The translations under genes were made by a program, and so were the position numbers. From assembly GCA_963717525.1 (NCBI GenBank), contig OY970343.1, positions 1,120,001 to 1,184,000 of the forward strand: DNA of 64,000 bases, written 5' to 3'. Positions 20,909-30,526 of this stretch are shown here, piece after piece. Below the pieces are notes generated by a model. The model was not told the DNA's origin and made no database searches. It was given only the letters and a program-made list of their open reading frames with translations. Each line of letters begins with the position of its first letter. Position 1 is the stretch's first letter. Origin of the DNA: an uncultured Methanoregulaceae archaeon. Lineage in GTDB: Archaea; Halobacteriota; Methanomicrobia; Methanomicrobiales; Methanospirillaceae.

Positions 20909-20988
20909 GATGCTGTTGCATCTACGGTTGGTAGGGGGGATTTTCGCTTCGCAAGAATTCGCATATCAACCGCAGACGCAACAGAAGC
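20909..20988. mobile_element. IS6-end-like palindromic element E13 (80 bp)
   Basis: GATGCTGTTGCATCTACGGTTG / CAACCGCAGACGCAACAGAAGC. Confidence 0.75.
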
Positions 20989-21138
20989 GGATCTTCATGT
21001 TAATTCAGTATAATTAACAAAAATACGTTAACAAATAAACAATGTTAAATATTATGTCTTACAATGGGTATGTTGGCATGATGGTTTGATCTAAAGAAAT
21101 TGATCCATCACTGCACATACATTTCTTAGAGGGAAAAC

Positions 21139-21784
21139 ATGCATTATCTGAAAAGACAGACAGGGAGAGATGGCGAAGAGGCAGTTTCTCCGGTAGTCGG
21201 GGTGATGTTGATGCTGGTGGTCACCATCATCATCGCGGCAGTCGTGAGCGGATTTGCCGGGGGGTTGATTGGCGGGGGGACGCCAGCTGCTCCGACCGTC
21301 AGTATGGACGTGAAGATCGTAAACACGGGCAGCGCTACCGGAAGCGGATTCTTTGCAACCGTGACCGGGGTCAGTGCTCCGGTCCAGACGCATAATCTTG
21401 AGCTGAATTACTGCGTGGACAACGACGAGCAGGACCAACGGTTACACGATGATAAATGGCGGGAACACATCGGTTTACATTAACGGTTCGGCCCTTGCGG
21501 TTCCACCTCTTGGGTACGGGCCCGGCGTGACCTCAGGTGTATTCGGTGACAATTTCGGCAACTACACCCTTGTGTCGGGAACCGGCCTTGCGGCAACACC
21601 CTCTTCGAACTATGGTTCAGTTACTCTATACCAGTACTCTGCTACAACTATGGACAACACCGTGGAGGTACTCGGGAATAACTGGCAGAACCTCAAGCTG
21701 GGGGATACGGTAACGGTCACGCTGGTTGACGTCACTTCTGGGAAGTCGATATACAAGAAGACTGTGCCGGTTACGGAGGGATAA
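21139..21784 (+). CDS. Archaeal type IV pilin (DUF1628), type A; frameshift near 21405
   Basis: AVSPVVGVMLMLVVTIIIAA class III signal; two ORF halves. Confidence 0.85.
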
Positions 21785-21787
21785 GCC

Positions 21788-22312
21788 ATGACTCAAAAAT
21801 ACGGAGAAGCAGTGTCCCCGGTCGTCGGTGTGATGCTGATGCTGGTGGTTACTATCATTATCGCAGCAATCGTTTCAGCGTTTGCCGGGGGGGCGGTGAG
21901 CGGGCAGCAGAAAACGCCACAGGCAACAATCCAGGGAACGTTCAGTGTTACAAACGGTCTCCAGATCATACATGCTGACGGAGATCCCCTACCACTCAGT
22001 GAAGTCCGGTTTGTTATACGCAACGACGACACATTTGGGCCGGGCGCAGTGCAGATATCGGCAAATATCATCAACCTGAACAACCTGACTGGGTCAAACG
22101 GGAATCCGATTGGTACGTCTTTCAACGCCGGGCAAACGCTCTATCTCAACACGACAGACAGTGCCTGCAGCACCCTACAGAACCAGCAGAGCATATCGCG
22201 TCCGGACCTGTGCCTCCAGAACGCAACGAATGTTGGGAAGTCCTTCACCCTTGAAGTCGAGGATCTCAATGGGAAGATGATCTCTCAGAACAGCGTGGAG
22301 ATTAGTCCGTAA
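21788..22312 (+). CDS. Archaeal type IV pilin (DUF1628), type B
   Basis: AVSPVVGVMLMLVVTIIIAA; KTPQATI.G.FS; H.DGD.L. Confidence 0.9.
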   Translation: MTQKYGEAVSPVVGVMLMLVVTIIIAAIVSAFAGGAVSGQQKTPQATIQGTFSVTNGLQIIHADGDPLPLSEVRFVIRNDDTFGPGAVQISANIINLNNLTGSNGNPIGTSFNAGQTLYLNTTDSACSTLQNQQSISRPDLCLQNATNVGKSFTLEVEDLNGKMISQNSVEISP

Positions 22313-22350
22313 CCGGGGCATCGCAGTCTGGACAACCAGATAATAAAAAG

Positions 22351-23266
22351 GTGAACAAGAATATGAAGACAAATGCTGATAGTGCAGTATCCCCAGTCGT
22401 TGGTGTGATGCTGATGCTGGTGGTCACCATCATCATTGCAGCAGTGGTGACCGGGTTCTCCGGAGGGCTGGTGGGAGGCAATAACCAGAAAGCGCCCCAG
22501 CTCACGATGGATGTCAAGATAGAGAACAACGGTTATGTTGACGGGAGTTATTTCGCTGCAACAGTTACCGGTGTTTCCAGCAGTATAAATACCCATAATC
22601 TGGAGATGGTCACGACGTGGACCAAAACCTTTTCCAATGGAACCCAGATTAACGGGGGAGGAAATGCTACACCGGGTGTCATGAACACGTTCCTTGACTG
22701 GCAGCCGAACGGCTGGATAGCAAGTGACTACTGGAACTGGACGTCACCGCAGGGATTCGGCCCGGGTGTTGGTGCGTACTCGGTACTTCTGGCCTGTAGG
22801 AAAGGTCTTGGCTTATCCACAGGGCTCGGGATCAGGGTCAAAAGGATCTTTTACCGTTGCTGATATGATGGCCGGAAAGGTATCTAATGCATCATGGTGG
22901 GGTAATTACAACCTCATGGTTGGGACGACGATGTATGCCCGGCCCTTCGGATCGGCAGGAAACCCTGACCAGGCCGGAGATCCGGGAACGCTCCTGAACT
23001 GGGGGTATGGATGTGGCGGCGTCGGCCCCTATGTCTATTCCTACGGGAGCGGAATGGGTGTTGGCGGATCGAGCGGTCAGGTCAATTTCATCCAGGGCGT
23101 AGAAGTGGATGCCATGCAGGGACTTCTGGGAACGAACTGGAACATCCTCAGGAACGGAGACATAGTCCACGTGAAAGTAATCGACGTTCCTATCGGTAAA
23201 ACAATTTGGCAGAATGATGTTGTTGTAGGAGGGCAGAATTATGTTGGCATGTCAGGATCCAACTGA
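22351..23266 (+). CDS. Archaeal type IV pilin (DUF1628), type A with Gly/aromatic insertion; frameshift near 22783
   Basis: Same signal; APQLTMDVKIEN; two ORF halves. Confidence 0.85.
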
Positions 23267-23796
23267 GAGGGCAGTGTCCCCGGTAGTCGGCGTGATGCTG
23301 ATGCTGGTGGTCACCATCATCATTGCAGCGATCGTTACCGCGTTCGCCGGGGGTATAACCCAGACCGGTGACAAGACTCCACAGGCAACCCTCACGGGAC
23401 AATTCAGCCAGAGCTCCGGTCTCGAAATGGTTCACAGCGGCGGAGATACCCTTACGACGACAAATCTCCAGGTCATTGTCCGTGAAAGTGATAACTTTGG
23501 CAACGCCCGGGGCTATCTTACCCCGTGGGTGATCAACGGGACGTTCATCCAGAACAGCCAGGGGCTATACTGGCAGAACGCGACGGATGGGTCAATTCCG
23601 GGTACTGGCATGGCATCCGGGACAAACCATGTACGTGAATGTTTCCGACTGGAATACCATGTCCACCTTCGAACACCCGACATCGACCGAGACCAGTCTC
23701 TTCTCTACAAGTAACCTCGGGAATAATCTCATTCTCGAAGTCAGCTATGCAGACGGAAAACTGATCTCAAAGAGCACGATACCCATCGTCCCGTAA
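23241..23796 (+). CDS. Archaeal type IV pilin (DUF1628), type B; frameshift near 23601
   Basis: Same signal; KTPQATL.G.FS; HSGGD.L. Confidence 0.85.
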
Positions 23797-23874
23797 ACCT
23801 TGGGTTGAGCGTATCCGGCAGAGGCAGTCTTTACGGACTTCCTCTTTTTTTATCCGGCAGCCGGCTATTCCCGG

Positions 23875-24604
23875 GTGCGGCCGGATGCACAAAGGATTAT
23901 AGCGACTTTCGCTTCTGAACCAGAAAGAATCCTGACGGATGGCATTCTTACGTCACAATACTCGGATCCGTTCTGGAAAACGCCCAGCGTAGCCCGACAG
24001 TACGGTACCTTTGCAAACACAGATTTTGTCCGGATTTACCCGGTCATCGCCAACCAGATCCTCGACCGAACCGGCATCACAGATGGCACCTGCCTTGATA
24101 TCGGCTCGGGGCCGGGTTCCCTCGCCATCGCCCTTGCAACACTCTCGGGACTCAACGTTACTGCTCTTGACAGACTCACCGGAGATGTTCGAACTTGCAC
24201 AAAAAAACATATGTAAATGGGGGATAGAACAACATGTTACACCGGTAATTGGCGATGTCCATGCAATCCCGGCGCCAGACGCCACATTTCATCTCGTAGT
24301 CAGCCGGGGGTCCTATCATTTCTGGAATGATCTTCCGGTTGCGTTTTCAGAAGTTTTCCGGGTTCTTAAACCGGGCGGAATGGCATATATCGGCGGGGGG
24401 TACGGAAGTGCTCGGATACGTGATGAAATTCTTGCCAAGAGAAAAAAACGAGGCATCATAGATAATCCGGAACATCCGACCCGGACACGGTTCCGTAAAT
24501 TCCGGGCCGGAGAGATAGAAGAGTCGATTGAAACAGCCGGGATCACGGATTATCGCATTATCAATGATGATTCCGGGTTCTGGATCATTTTCAGGAAGGT
24601 CTAG
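23875..24604 (+). CDS. Class I SAM-dependent methyltransferase; frameshift near 24172; start uncertain
   Basis: CLDIGSGPG; GDVHAIP; LVVSRGS; RVLKPGG. Confidence 0.85.
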
Positions 24605-24690
24605 TAATTTAATTTTATGTCTCTATTCCTTGTTCCGGGGATCGGCTGCCCCATTTCTGGAAAAGATTTTGCATCGGTGGGTTTTTCTTT

Positions 24691-25557
24691 TTAGATCTGC
24701 CCCACGTTATATTTCCGCTGGTGTTTTCGCAGCGCCGTTTCCATGTCGGGGGCGTTCAGTACATCGTATTCGAACCGGGCCGGGTCGCTGATGGCAATGG
24801 ACATGGCGATGTTAATCCCGTTTTCGAAGAGTACATCAGGAATTAACTGGGCACTTGACCCGTAGAGCGCCCGGATCCTGGCGTGCTTTGCATATCCCAC
24901 CACTTCTTCAAATGTACCATTGACAAGCGTTGAGCCGGTAATGATTGCAACATCAGCGTCCTGCAGGACTTCCTTGTTCTCCTCTGCCGGGTGGACCGTG
25001 ATCCCGGCCGGACCATACCGGATATCATCGCTGACAATTGTTGTCCTGAATGTTTCCGGTGGTCGTTGGTCGGTTACGTGGAGCTCCTTGCACCGGCCGG
25101 CATAACTCTTGACAAGGCCTCCGTATCCCACGATCACCATATAATCATCACTTCTGACCAGGTCTTTTACCTCTAAGCCAACCTCATAACCCTTGGCCTG
25201 CAACACTTCATTGGTGACCAGCGGTTGGGAAAGTGCGTTGAGTGCTGCAAGGGCAATCGAACGACGGCTCAGGCGTTTATCATGGAGATTGTCGGCTGCC
25301 ACATTCAAAAGGGAAGCATCGGTACAGGATTTCAGGTACTCCAGATCCTGAAGTGTCTCTTCAATCCCGTAAAGAGGATTATTTTCCTGGAAACTCATTG
25401 CAACGCCGCAACACCCGTTGGTCCCAATTACAGCATTCCAACCCGGGTTGAGACCGAAACATTTCACATTTGTGTCCGGAATATCGAGCCGCTGGTATTC
25501 GTCGATCAGTTTTTTATATGCTTTCTCTAGAATTGAAGGGGAATTTTTCTGGTTCAT
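24691..25557 (-). CDS. DUF364 / Rossmann-like protein (putative metal chelation)
   Basis: SIALAALNALSQ; IVGY; ADVAIITGSTLVNGT; YGSSA. Confidence 0.8.
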   Translation of the reverse strand: MNQKNSPSILEKAYKKLIDEYQRLDIPDTNVKCFGLNPGWNAVIGTNGCCGVAMSFQENNPLYGIEETLQDLEYLKSCTDASLLNVAADNLHDKRLSRRSIALAALNALSQPLVTNEVLQAKGYEVGLEVKDLVRSDDYMVIVGYGGLVKSYAGRCKELHVTDQRPPETFRTTIVSDDIRYGPAGITVHPAEENKEVLQDADVAIITGSTLVNGTFEEVVGYAKHARIRALYGSSAQLIPDVLFENGINIAMSIAISDPARFEYDVLNAPDMETALRKHQRKYNVGQI

Positions 25558-25685
25558 GGATTTTCACAGCAATCGAATAAAACAATCATCCGGAATCAGG
25601 TATACCTGAATTACTGCTGGGATACGTGAATCGAGGTAAAAAATTCCAAAGCCGGATTATAACAGGAATACTGCTTTCCCCCCCA

Positions 25686-26285
25686 TTATAGTTCACGGTA
25701 ATACGACCCATTGGCACAGTTACCACACAATACCCCGCCGTCAACGGTAACTTCTTTGTCATCAACAATCATTTCGTTGCACCTGCTACAGCGTGCACGC
25801 CGTTTCGGCATGCCGGGCATATCTCCGTCTGGGATATCAACCCTGACCTTTTTGAGCCGGAACAGGTCTGCCTCCGGGGCCTCGAGCAGAATCTTTACTG
25901 CCTCCTTCATTGCCTCCGGCCCGGTCTTGTCCGTCCGTTTCTTCTCGACGACAGAGACCCGCACGGCGTCGCCGTTTTTTATGTTCACATAAGTGGCTGC
26001 AAATTTGCCATAGGGGCGGTACTTTAAGGAACGGTGGCCGAGTGAGCACCCTGTGATGGCTTGGATCGCATCTGCGATACAGCGATCGATCTCTACATAT
26101 ACGATCAGGTCGCGGTTCCGGATTTTCGGATCCATTCCCAGTTCCCTCATTCCGATCACGGTCATCCGCGTCCCCAGCACGATTCCGGCGCACAGGTCCC
26201 CGTGGAACTCTTTTGCCTTTGCAAGGAGGAAATCGCGGTCAGCTATCCCCGCCATTTCTTTTGTGATCTCCTGAACTGGATTCAT
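25686..26285 (-). CDS. fmdE: FmdE family protein with C-terminal zinc finger
   Basis: EFHGDLCAGIVLG; EIDRCIADAIQAITGCSLG; CSRC..CGNC. Confidence 0.88.
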   Translation of the reverse strand: MNPVQEITKEMAGIADRDFLLAKAKEFHGDLCAGIVLGTRMTVIGMRELGMDPKIRNRDLIVYVEIDRCIADAIQAITGCSLGHRSLKYRPYGKFAATYVNIKNGDAVRVSVVEKKRTDKTGPEAMKEAVKILLEAPEADLFRLKKVRVDIPDGDMPGMPKRRARCSRCNEMIVDDKEVTVDGGVLCGNCANGSYYREL

Positions 26286-26450
26286 CCAAGGTATTTTCCC
26301 GCAAGAGGTAAAATATTTAGTTATACTTACTTATAATGTTAAATGATAATACTTATTTGAGAGCATGGATAACTCAATAACGATCCATTGTCCCGCCGGC
26401 AGGTATGCCGTTCAAGATAATCCGGGACAGGTGGGTTTTGAGGATTGAAA

Positions 26451-27407
26451 ATGGCAATAACCGAGGCATCATCTAGTTCGCCAGCGAACAACTGGCTGGA
26501 AAAAATCCGCGGATACTTCACCTGGCAGGATCTGGTCATCATCCTGGTCTTGGCAGTTCTTGCATTCCTGACCGGCAATTTCGGTCTCAATTATGTCCTG
26601 CCGGGCGGACCCGGATCAGGATTTGTCCACGGCTTCCTGAAACTACCCGGGCCTGGCACCGGGATCTTCAATGTGAGCGCATTCACCTGCTTGTGGCTTG
26701 TGCTGGGGCTGCTCATTATTAAAAAACCCGGTACTGCGCTCCTCATAGTAGTCCTGATCATGATATTCGGTCTTGCATTTTCCCTTGCCATGGGAGGACA
26801 CCAAGGCGGATTTTCCTCAATGAACAGATCAATCTCCAACTCAGGATCGGCCGTGCAAGGTCCGGAGGGGGGAGGGGCACCGTCAGGTGGACCTTCTGAG
26901 GGAGCACCGGAAGGCGGGGAGCAGCGCATCCGGCTCGATTACCTCGGCCTTGTTGTCGCCATAATTATTGAGATCTCCGGATTGATTGCGCTGGAGAAGA
27001 AACCCTGGAGGTACATCTTCCCGGCCTTCCTTGCCCTCATGGGGGTCATCACTCTTGCCTTGATGCTCACCGATAATGCGAAGATGGGGGAGAACGGGGC
27101 GGCGGCAACCGTCTTCCCGCTCGGATATGCCGTCACCGGCCTCCTTGCTCTCTGCCTTGCCGTGATATTGTTTATGTACCCGGACGGGAAGTACATCATT
27201 GGCGCCGGTTGTGCGGAGATGTTCTACCTCGCCTTCTGCTGGACTTTCAACGGGACGAGCGGGTTATTCAGCTGGGCACCTGTTGCCTTGGCGATCCCTC
27301 CCCTTCTCACCTTTGCTTTTGTCTTTGGCGCTGTAGCAGCGGCGATCTCGTACGGGGGAATCCTGCTCTGGAATACCTATACCCGGTACGGGATTAATAA
27401 GGCTTAG
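26451..27407 (+). CDS. Multi-pass membrane protein, ECF S-component-like
   Basis: LPGPG.G..LWL.LGL.IIKKPGTA; Gly/Pro-rich loop. Confidence 0.55.
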   Translation: MAITEASSSSPANNWLEKIRGYFTWQDLVIILVLAVLAFLTGNFGLNYVLPGGPGSGFVHGFLKLPGPGTGIFNVSAFTCLWLVLGLLIIKKPGTALLIVVLIMIFGLAFSLAMGGHQGGFSSMNRSISNSGSAVQGPEGGGAPSGGPSEGAPEGGEQRIRLDYLGLVVAIIIEISGLIALEKKPWRYIFPAFLALMGVITLALMLTDNAKMGENGAAATVFPLGYAVTGLLALCLAVILFMYPDGKYIIGAGCAEMFYLAFCWTFNGTSGLFSWAPVALAIPPLLTFAFVFGAVAAAISYGGILLWNTYTRYGINKA

Positions 27408-27418
27408 TCTGGCAATCG

Positions 27419-28285
27419 TTGATGCAGGTTCTCTGGAGGTCAGAAGAAACCTGCGACATTTTTATGGGAAATCCGGTGAGCTTCATGCCAGAAAACGGTT
27501 CGGGGGACGGTATTTATTTCAGCCTCAAGGAGATCGGGCTCATCCTCACCCTTTCAGCGCTGGCCGCACTGACCGGCGCGCTCGTCCCATCGTACTTTTT
27601 CCCGGAGGGCCTACTTTCTGAATATGTTTATGGCATGCTGGAACTCCCGGGACCGGGGGCCGGAGTGCTCGTTTTCGGGAGTATTCTCTGTTTCTGGCTT
27701 CTCCTTGGCCTTATCCTGGTTAAAAAGCCTGGTACTGCTGCGGCTATGGCAATGGTATTGATCGCAATCGATCTCCTTTTCGGAAACCAGGCTGTGATCA
27801 TCCAGTCGCTGGATGTCTTGTTCATCGTAGCGATCATTATTGAAGCAGTTTGCCTTTTCACGGCTGCAGATCCCTCATGGAAATACCTACTGCCGCTGGT
27901 TCTAATAATGCTGAGCCTAGTAACGCTTGGCATTGCCCTGCTTGGCCTTGCAAAACAGGGGGAGAATGATATTCCGCTCGTCCAGTTCCCCACGGTATAT
28001 TACGTCTTTGGCATTCTGGGGTTTTGCTATGCAGTAATATGTTACCGGCATCCAGGAAAGTACTTTGTCGCAGCCGGTCTTGCCAATATGTATTATCTGC
28101 TGCATTTCTGGCTCTTCTGGGGAGATGGTTTTGCATCACGGTTTCCCTCGGATCCCGCCATGTTGTCGGTACTTTTCCTCGTGGCGCTGCTGGGAGGTAT
28201 AATCTCTGCATCGACAGTATATGGCATCGAATTTCTCTGCAAACAATATCGTTTGCATGGCGAACGGAGGCAACGGAGTTCCTGA
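27419..28285 (+). CDS. Paralogous ECF S-component-like membrane protein
   Basis: LPGPGAG..FWLLLGLILVKKPGTA; GEN motif shared with the upstream gene. Confidence 0.55.
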   Translation: MMQVLWRSEETCDIFMGNPVSFMPENGSGDGIYFSLKEIGLILTLSALAALTGALVPSYFFPEGLLSEYVYGMLELPGPGAGVLVFGSILCFWLLLGLILVKKPGTAAAMAMVLIAIDLLFGNQAVIIQSLDVLFIVAIIIEAVCLFTAADPSWKYLLPLVLIMLSLVTLGIALLGLAKQGENDIPLVQFPTVYYVFGILGFCYAVICYRHPGKYFVAAGLANMYYLLHFWLFWGDGFASRFPSDPAMLSVLFLVALLGGIISASTVYGIEFLCKQYRLHGERRQRSS

Positions 28286-28431
28286 TAACCGATGAATAAC
28301 TGCCGGCAAGTGGACGGCGCAGATGGCATTTTTTCACAGGAAAAAGATGCGATCGGATGGAGTCCATTGGAAATGTTTATCTTCATTATAAGATTAACTA
28401 CTAACAATCAACTTCAAGGAGGTGAAAATAC

Positions 28432-28623
28432 ATGTGCACACCAATAGTGCTCCCGGAAGCAGCAATTGGCCTTGCAGCTGCTCATATCCTCGGTGTTGGA
28501 TTGTTCGTCGGAGTCATGGTCTTTAATTCAAATGGAGTACGGAAAAGCATGAGTTACCTCCTGGGATTGCCAGGAACGATCATCCATGCGGGCGAGACCG
28601 AAATGACCCGCATGGTCCGGTAA
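28432..28623 (+). CDS. 63-aa hydrophobic peptide
   Basis: RBS AAGGAGGTG at 28416-28424; 2-nt gap to the radical SAM gene. Confidence 0.65.
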   Translation: MCTPIVLPEAAIGLAAAHILGVGLFVGVMVFNSNGVRKSMSYLLGLPGTIIHAGETEMTRMVR

Positions 28624-28625
28624 GG

Positions 28626-29459
28626 ATGAGAATGTCCATCCTTAATTACGCCATACCTCCGATCCTGCAGCTGGAGACAACGACTGCCTGCAATCTGGCC
28701 TGTCCATTTTGTCTCAGGGCGGAACTCTGCGGATCGGACGAATATCTTTCTTTTGATGCATTTCGTCAGATCATCGATGGTACCCGCTGCCGGTTTGTCA
28801 CCCTCCATGGGTGGGGCGAACCGCTGATGAACCAGGATCTCCCTCGAATGGTCCGGTATGCGGCTGGGCATAGGAAGTCGGTGAATTTTACCACCAACGC
28901 CACGCTTATCCATGAAAAAGTGGACGCTTTGCTAGCATCGGGACTTGATGCGATTGCCTTCAGCCTCCCGGACATCGACCGGTGCACTCCTATTATTGCC
29001 GAAAATATTTCCAGGTTTGTCGCAGAACGCGCAAAACGCGGGCAAAAAAAACCGGAAACCTGTATTAACATTGCAATAATGGAAGAAAATCTCGATCAAC
29101 TGGACAGGATGCTTGCTATGGTCAGGGATTTTGGCGTGGATACGGTTGTATTCGAGAGGTCATTCCCTTGGACAGACTCACTGCAAAAAAAGGAGAGCGA
29201 TATGTTCCAGGGAATCCGGGATACTGCAGGACAATTCGGGCTCAAAGTCAAATTCCCTCCGGATCACACCAGTCCCTGCCCTCTGATGAGGTATACGCTC
29301 TTTGTCCGGTGGAACGGCGATGTTGCCCCCTGCTGTTACCGGGCCAACGTTGCAATCGGGAATATCAATTCGGACTCAATGGTGCGGATCATGCAGAACC
29401 GGGCACGTTTCCTGAAATCCCAGAGATCTGATCCGGTGTGCAATTCGTGCCGGGTGTGA
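28626..29459 (+). CDS. Radical SAM protein with SPASM/twitch domain
   Basis: CNLACPFC; GWGEPL; C...LFVRWNGDVAPCC..GNI..CNSC. Confidence 0.92.
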   Translation: MRMSILNYAIPPILQLETTTACNLACPFCLRAELCGSDEYLSFDAFRQIIDGTRCRFVTLHGWGEPLMNQDLPRMVRYAAGHRKSVNFTTNATLIHEKVDALLASGLDAIAFSLPDIDRCTPIIAENISRFVAERAKRGQKKPETCINIAIMEENLDQLDRMLAMVRDFGVDTVVFERSFPWTDSLQKKESDMFQGIRDTAGQFGLKVKFPPDHTSPCPLMRYTLFVRWNGDVAPCCYRANVAIGNINSDSMVRIMQNRARFLKSQRSDPVCNSCRV

Positions 29460-29686
29460 CAGGATAGACTGTTCTGCGAATATCATAAGGTTATATTTAA
29501 TAATCTTAGAAAGTTAACATAATAATGTAAACAACATCAAAATTAAATGCCGCTCGATCATCATCTCCAGTGGCTATCATTTCCTCCCAAAATCTCGCTT
29601 CATAGAGTGTTGTACTCTGAAAATCGGAGTAAGAGACAGAATACGAATGATCTCAGGATTGGGGAAACTTCCATTGAGGACACCGC

Positions 29687-30526
29687 ATGTGCACAGGGAA
29701 AAAAACGATAATCCCGATACTTATCCCGATCGTACAGGTCATTCTCGTTATTCTCATGGTCAGTTCAGCCGGCTGTATCAAGATGGCTCAGAACGCTCTT
29801 GGGAGCGAAAAGGCAGGAAACACGGACAACTCAGAGGTTTCCACAGGTGTCCCGGCCGGTTCTTTGGCAATCGAACCGCAAAATGCATCCACGCCTCTTG
29901 CGGTTGAAGTACCCTCCCCGACAATAACAGACTCCGTTACAGAGTTTTCACCTCGACCGACACCGGATCCCTATGTCATTCAGCACGGTGCCCGCATCAA
30001 TGGAACCCCCCTTGATTACTTATCCTTCCTCAACAGGCAGCCTGAGTTTACCAAGACGTACATGATGAATGGATATCCGGTTGGTCTTCTGGTGAATGTA
30101 ACGCAAGGCCCTCTTTATGTTGTATTTACCGTCAATCCGGCATATGACTGCCTCAAGGATCCTGATTCCTGCAGGGGATCCGTCACTGTCCCGGTCAGCC
30201 GCCCGTCCATGACTATTACTGTGCGGAACAACCAGACTAACGGGGTTGTTGCTGAAGACGGTTATGGGGGGGAGTTCAGCTCCGATACGGGAACCTACAA
30301 TAATGGATGTAGCAGTGATCAGAGCACGGTCAGTAACAGTAACAGTAACGCCCCCAACGACAATGTCTGTCAGCAACCAGGCCCGCGGTATATCACAGTA
30401 TACGGGAGCGGGCAGTATCAGATCATTTTAGACGGGAGCTATCTTGATGTTACCATTTCTATTATTACCGGCACATCGCCAGCTCCCGTGACGACACCAG
30501 TGACGGCGGGTGACGATGACTCCTGA
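29687..30526 (+). CDS. Lipoprotein of unknown function
   Basis: Lipobox SAGC; upstream of pilus ATPase. Confidence 0.7.
   Translation: MCTGKKTIIPILIPIVQVILVILMVSSAGCIKMAQNALGSEKAGNTDNSEVSTGVPAGSLAIEPQNASTPLAVEVPSPTITDSVTEFSPRPTPDPYVIQHGARINGTPLDYLSFLNRQPEFTKTYMMNGYPVGLLVNVTQGPLYVVFTVNPAYDCLKDPDSCRGSVTVPVSRPSMTITVRNNQTNGVVAEDGYGGEFSSDTGTYNNGCSSDQSTVSNSNSNAPNDNVCQQPGPRYITVYGSGQYQIILDGSYLDVTISIITGTSPAPVTTPVTAGDDDS

Noticed and set aside
1789..20988. Elements as canonical integron attC sites
   Set aside because: Their ends read GGTT...AACC rather than RYYYAAC...GTTRRRY, no IntI is present, and they match IS6 TIRs better.
21175..23340. CRISPR array from repeated pilin 5' sequences
   Set aside because: The repeats are in-frame coding, hundreds of bp apart, and there are no cas genes.
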